64,000 bases of DNA from Octopus vulgaris. Lineage: Eukaryota. Each line of letters opens with the position of its first letter. Position 1 is the first letter of the stretch. Location: positions 95,108,001-95,172,000 of the forward strand of contig OX597824.1 of NCBI GenBank assembly GCA_951406725.2. Reading direction: 5' to 3'. The position numbers and the translations under genes were made by a program. Of this stretch, positions 63,335 through 64,000 are shown one piece after another. Under the pieces are notes generated by a model that was given only the letters and a program-made list of their open reading frames with translations, did no database searches and was not told where the DNA came from.

Positions 63335-64000
63335 CTAGATAAAGAAAAAGAAAATAACATATTAAAGGTGATAATTTTACTAAAATATTTAGCATTCATG
63401 CTTAAATGGAAAAATTAGTTTCCATAAATCTTCAAATCATAATTTTACAAGATAATCCATAAAAGTTTAAAATAGAATCATTTCTCAATAATGATGAACT
63501 AATCAAAACAATGTTACTGACAAAGAAAGGATATGAGTTTTTGACTGTGAAAAGGACACTGTTTATAGCTTTAAAAGGGACCTGAATACAAGATGGTAAG
63601 ACTAGTATGGTTAAAATGGGGGTTTAAAAATCCAATGTGGCTACACATCATAGGAACGAAAAAATACAGTTATAAAAAATACAGCAATAGAAGATCTATG
63701 CAACAAATCGCTGCATCTTTCAGATGGAGGTTGAAAGTCGTTTATTTGGTAATAAATGACTTTCTTCTGAAGACCATTTAGATTTGTGGTAACTGAAAAA
63801 AACCCCAAAAAAACTGCATCTCATCTAAAAACTAAAACTGGTTTAACAGACATTAAAATCCTATGTCCCATACTACTGTAAATGAAGAACATTTTAATCA
63901 ATGGATGTTTGTAAAATATCTGGTGGTGTTTTTTAATTAATTATGCAATGAATTCAGACTTATACTTATTTTTATCTTATTTGGCTGAATTGAAACTTGC

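Overview
Eukaryotic, AT-rich, SINE-dense genomic DNA. The repeat families resemble those of Octopus (cephalopod); this assignment is inferred and not database-checked. I reconstructed two spliced genes by hand, both on the minus strand, using GT-AG sites and exon phase. (1) A PHF10/SAYP (BAF45a) orthologue at ~24140-63334 has a ~5 kb low-complexity exon with polyQ and a 10-aa repeat, then SAY-domain exons and a double PHD finger; its first exon probably lies outside the window. (2) The 5' part of CMTR1 (cap1 mRNA 2'-O-methyltransferase; G-patch plus start of the methyltransferase region) runs from ~14900 off the left edge. Nearly all short ORFs in the supplied track are artefacts of repeats. 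Best leads: hammerhead-ribozyme motifs with palindromic stem III in (TA)n-associated, Penelope-like remnants inside PHF10 introns, one with a U3-A8 core covariation on the PHF10 sense strand; an in-frame tandem duplication of the N-terminal acidic/Ser exons of CMTR1; candidate alternative or poison exons that would truncate the PHF10 PHD fingers in a DPF3a-like way; and SINEs inserted as multimers between a single pair of TSDs.
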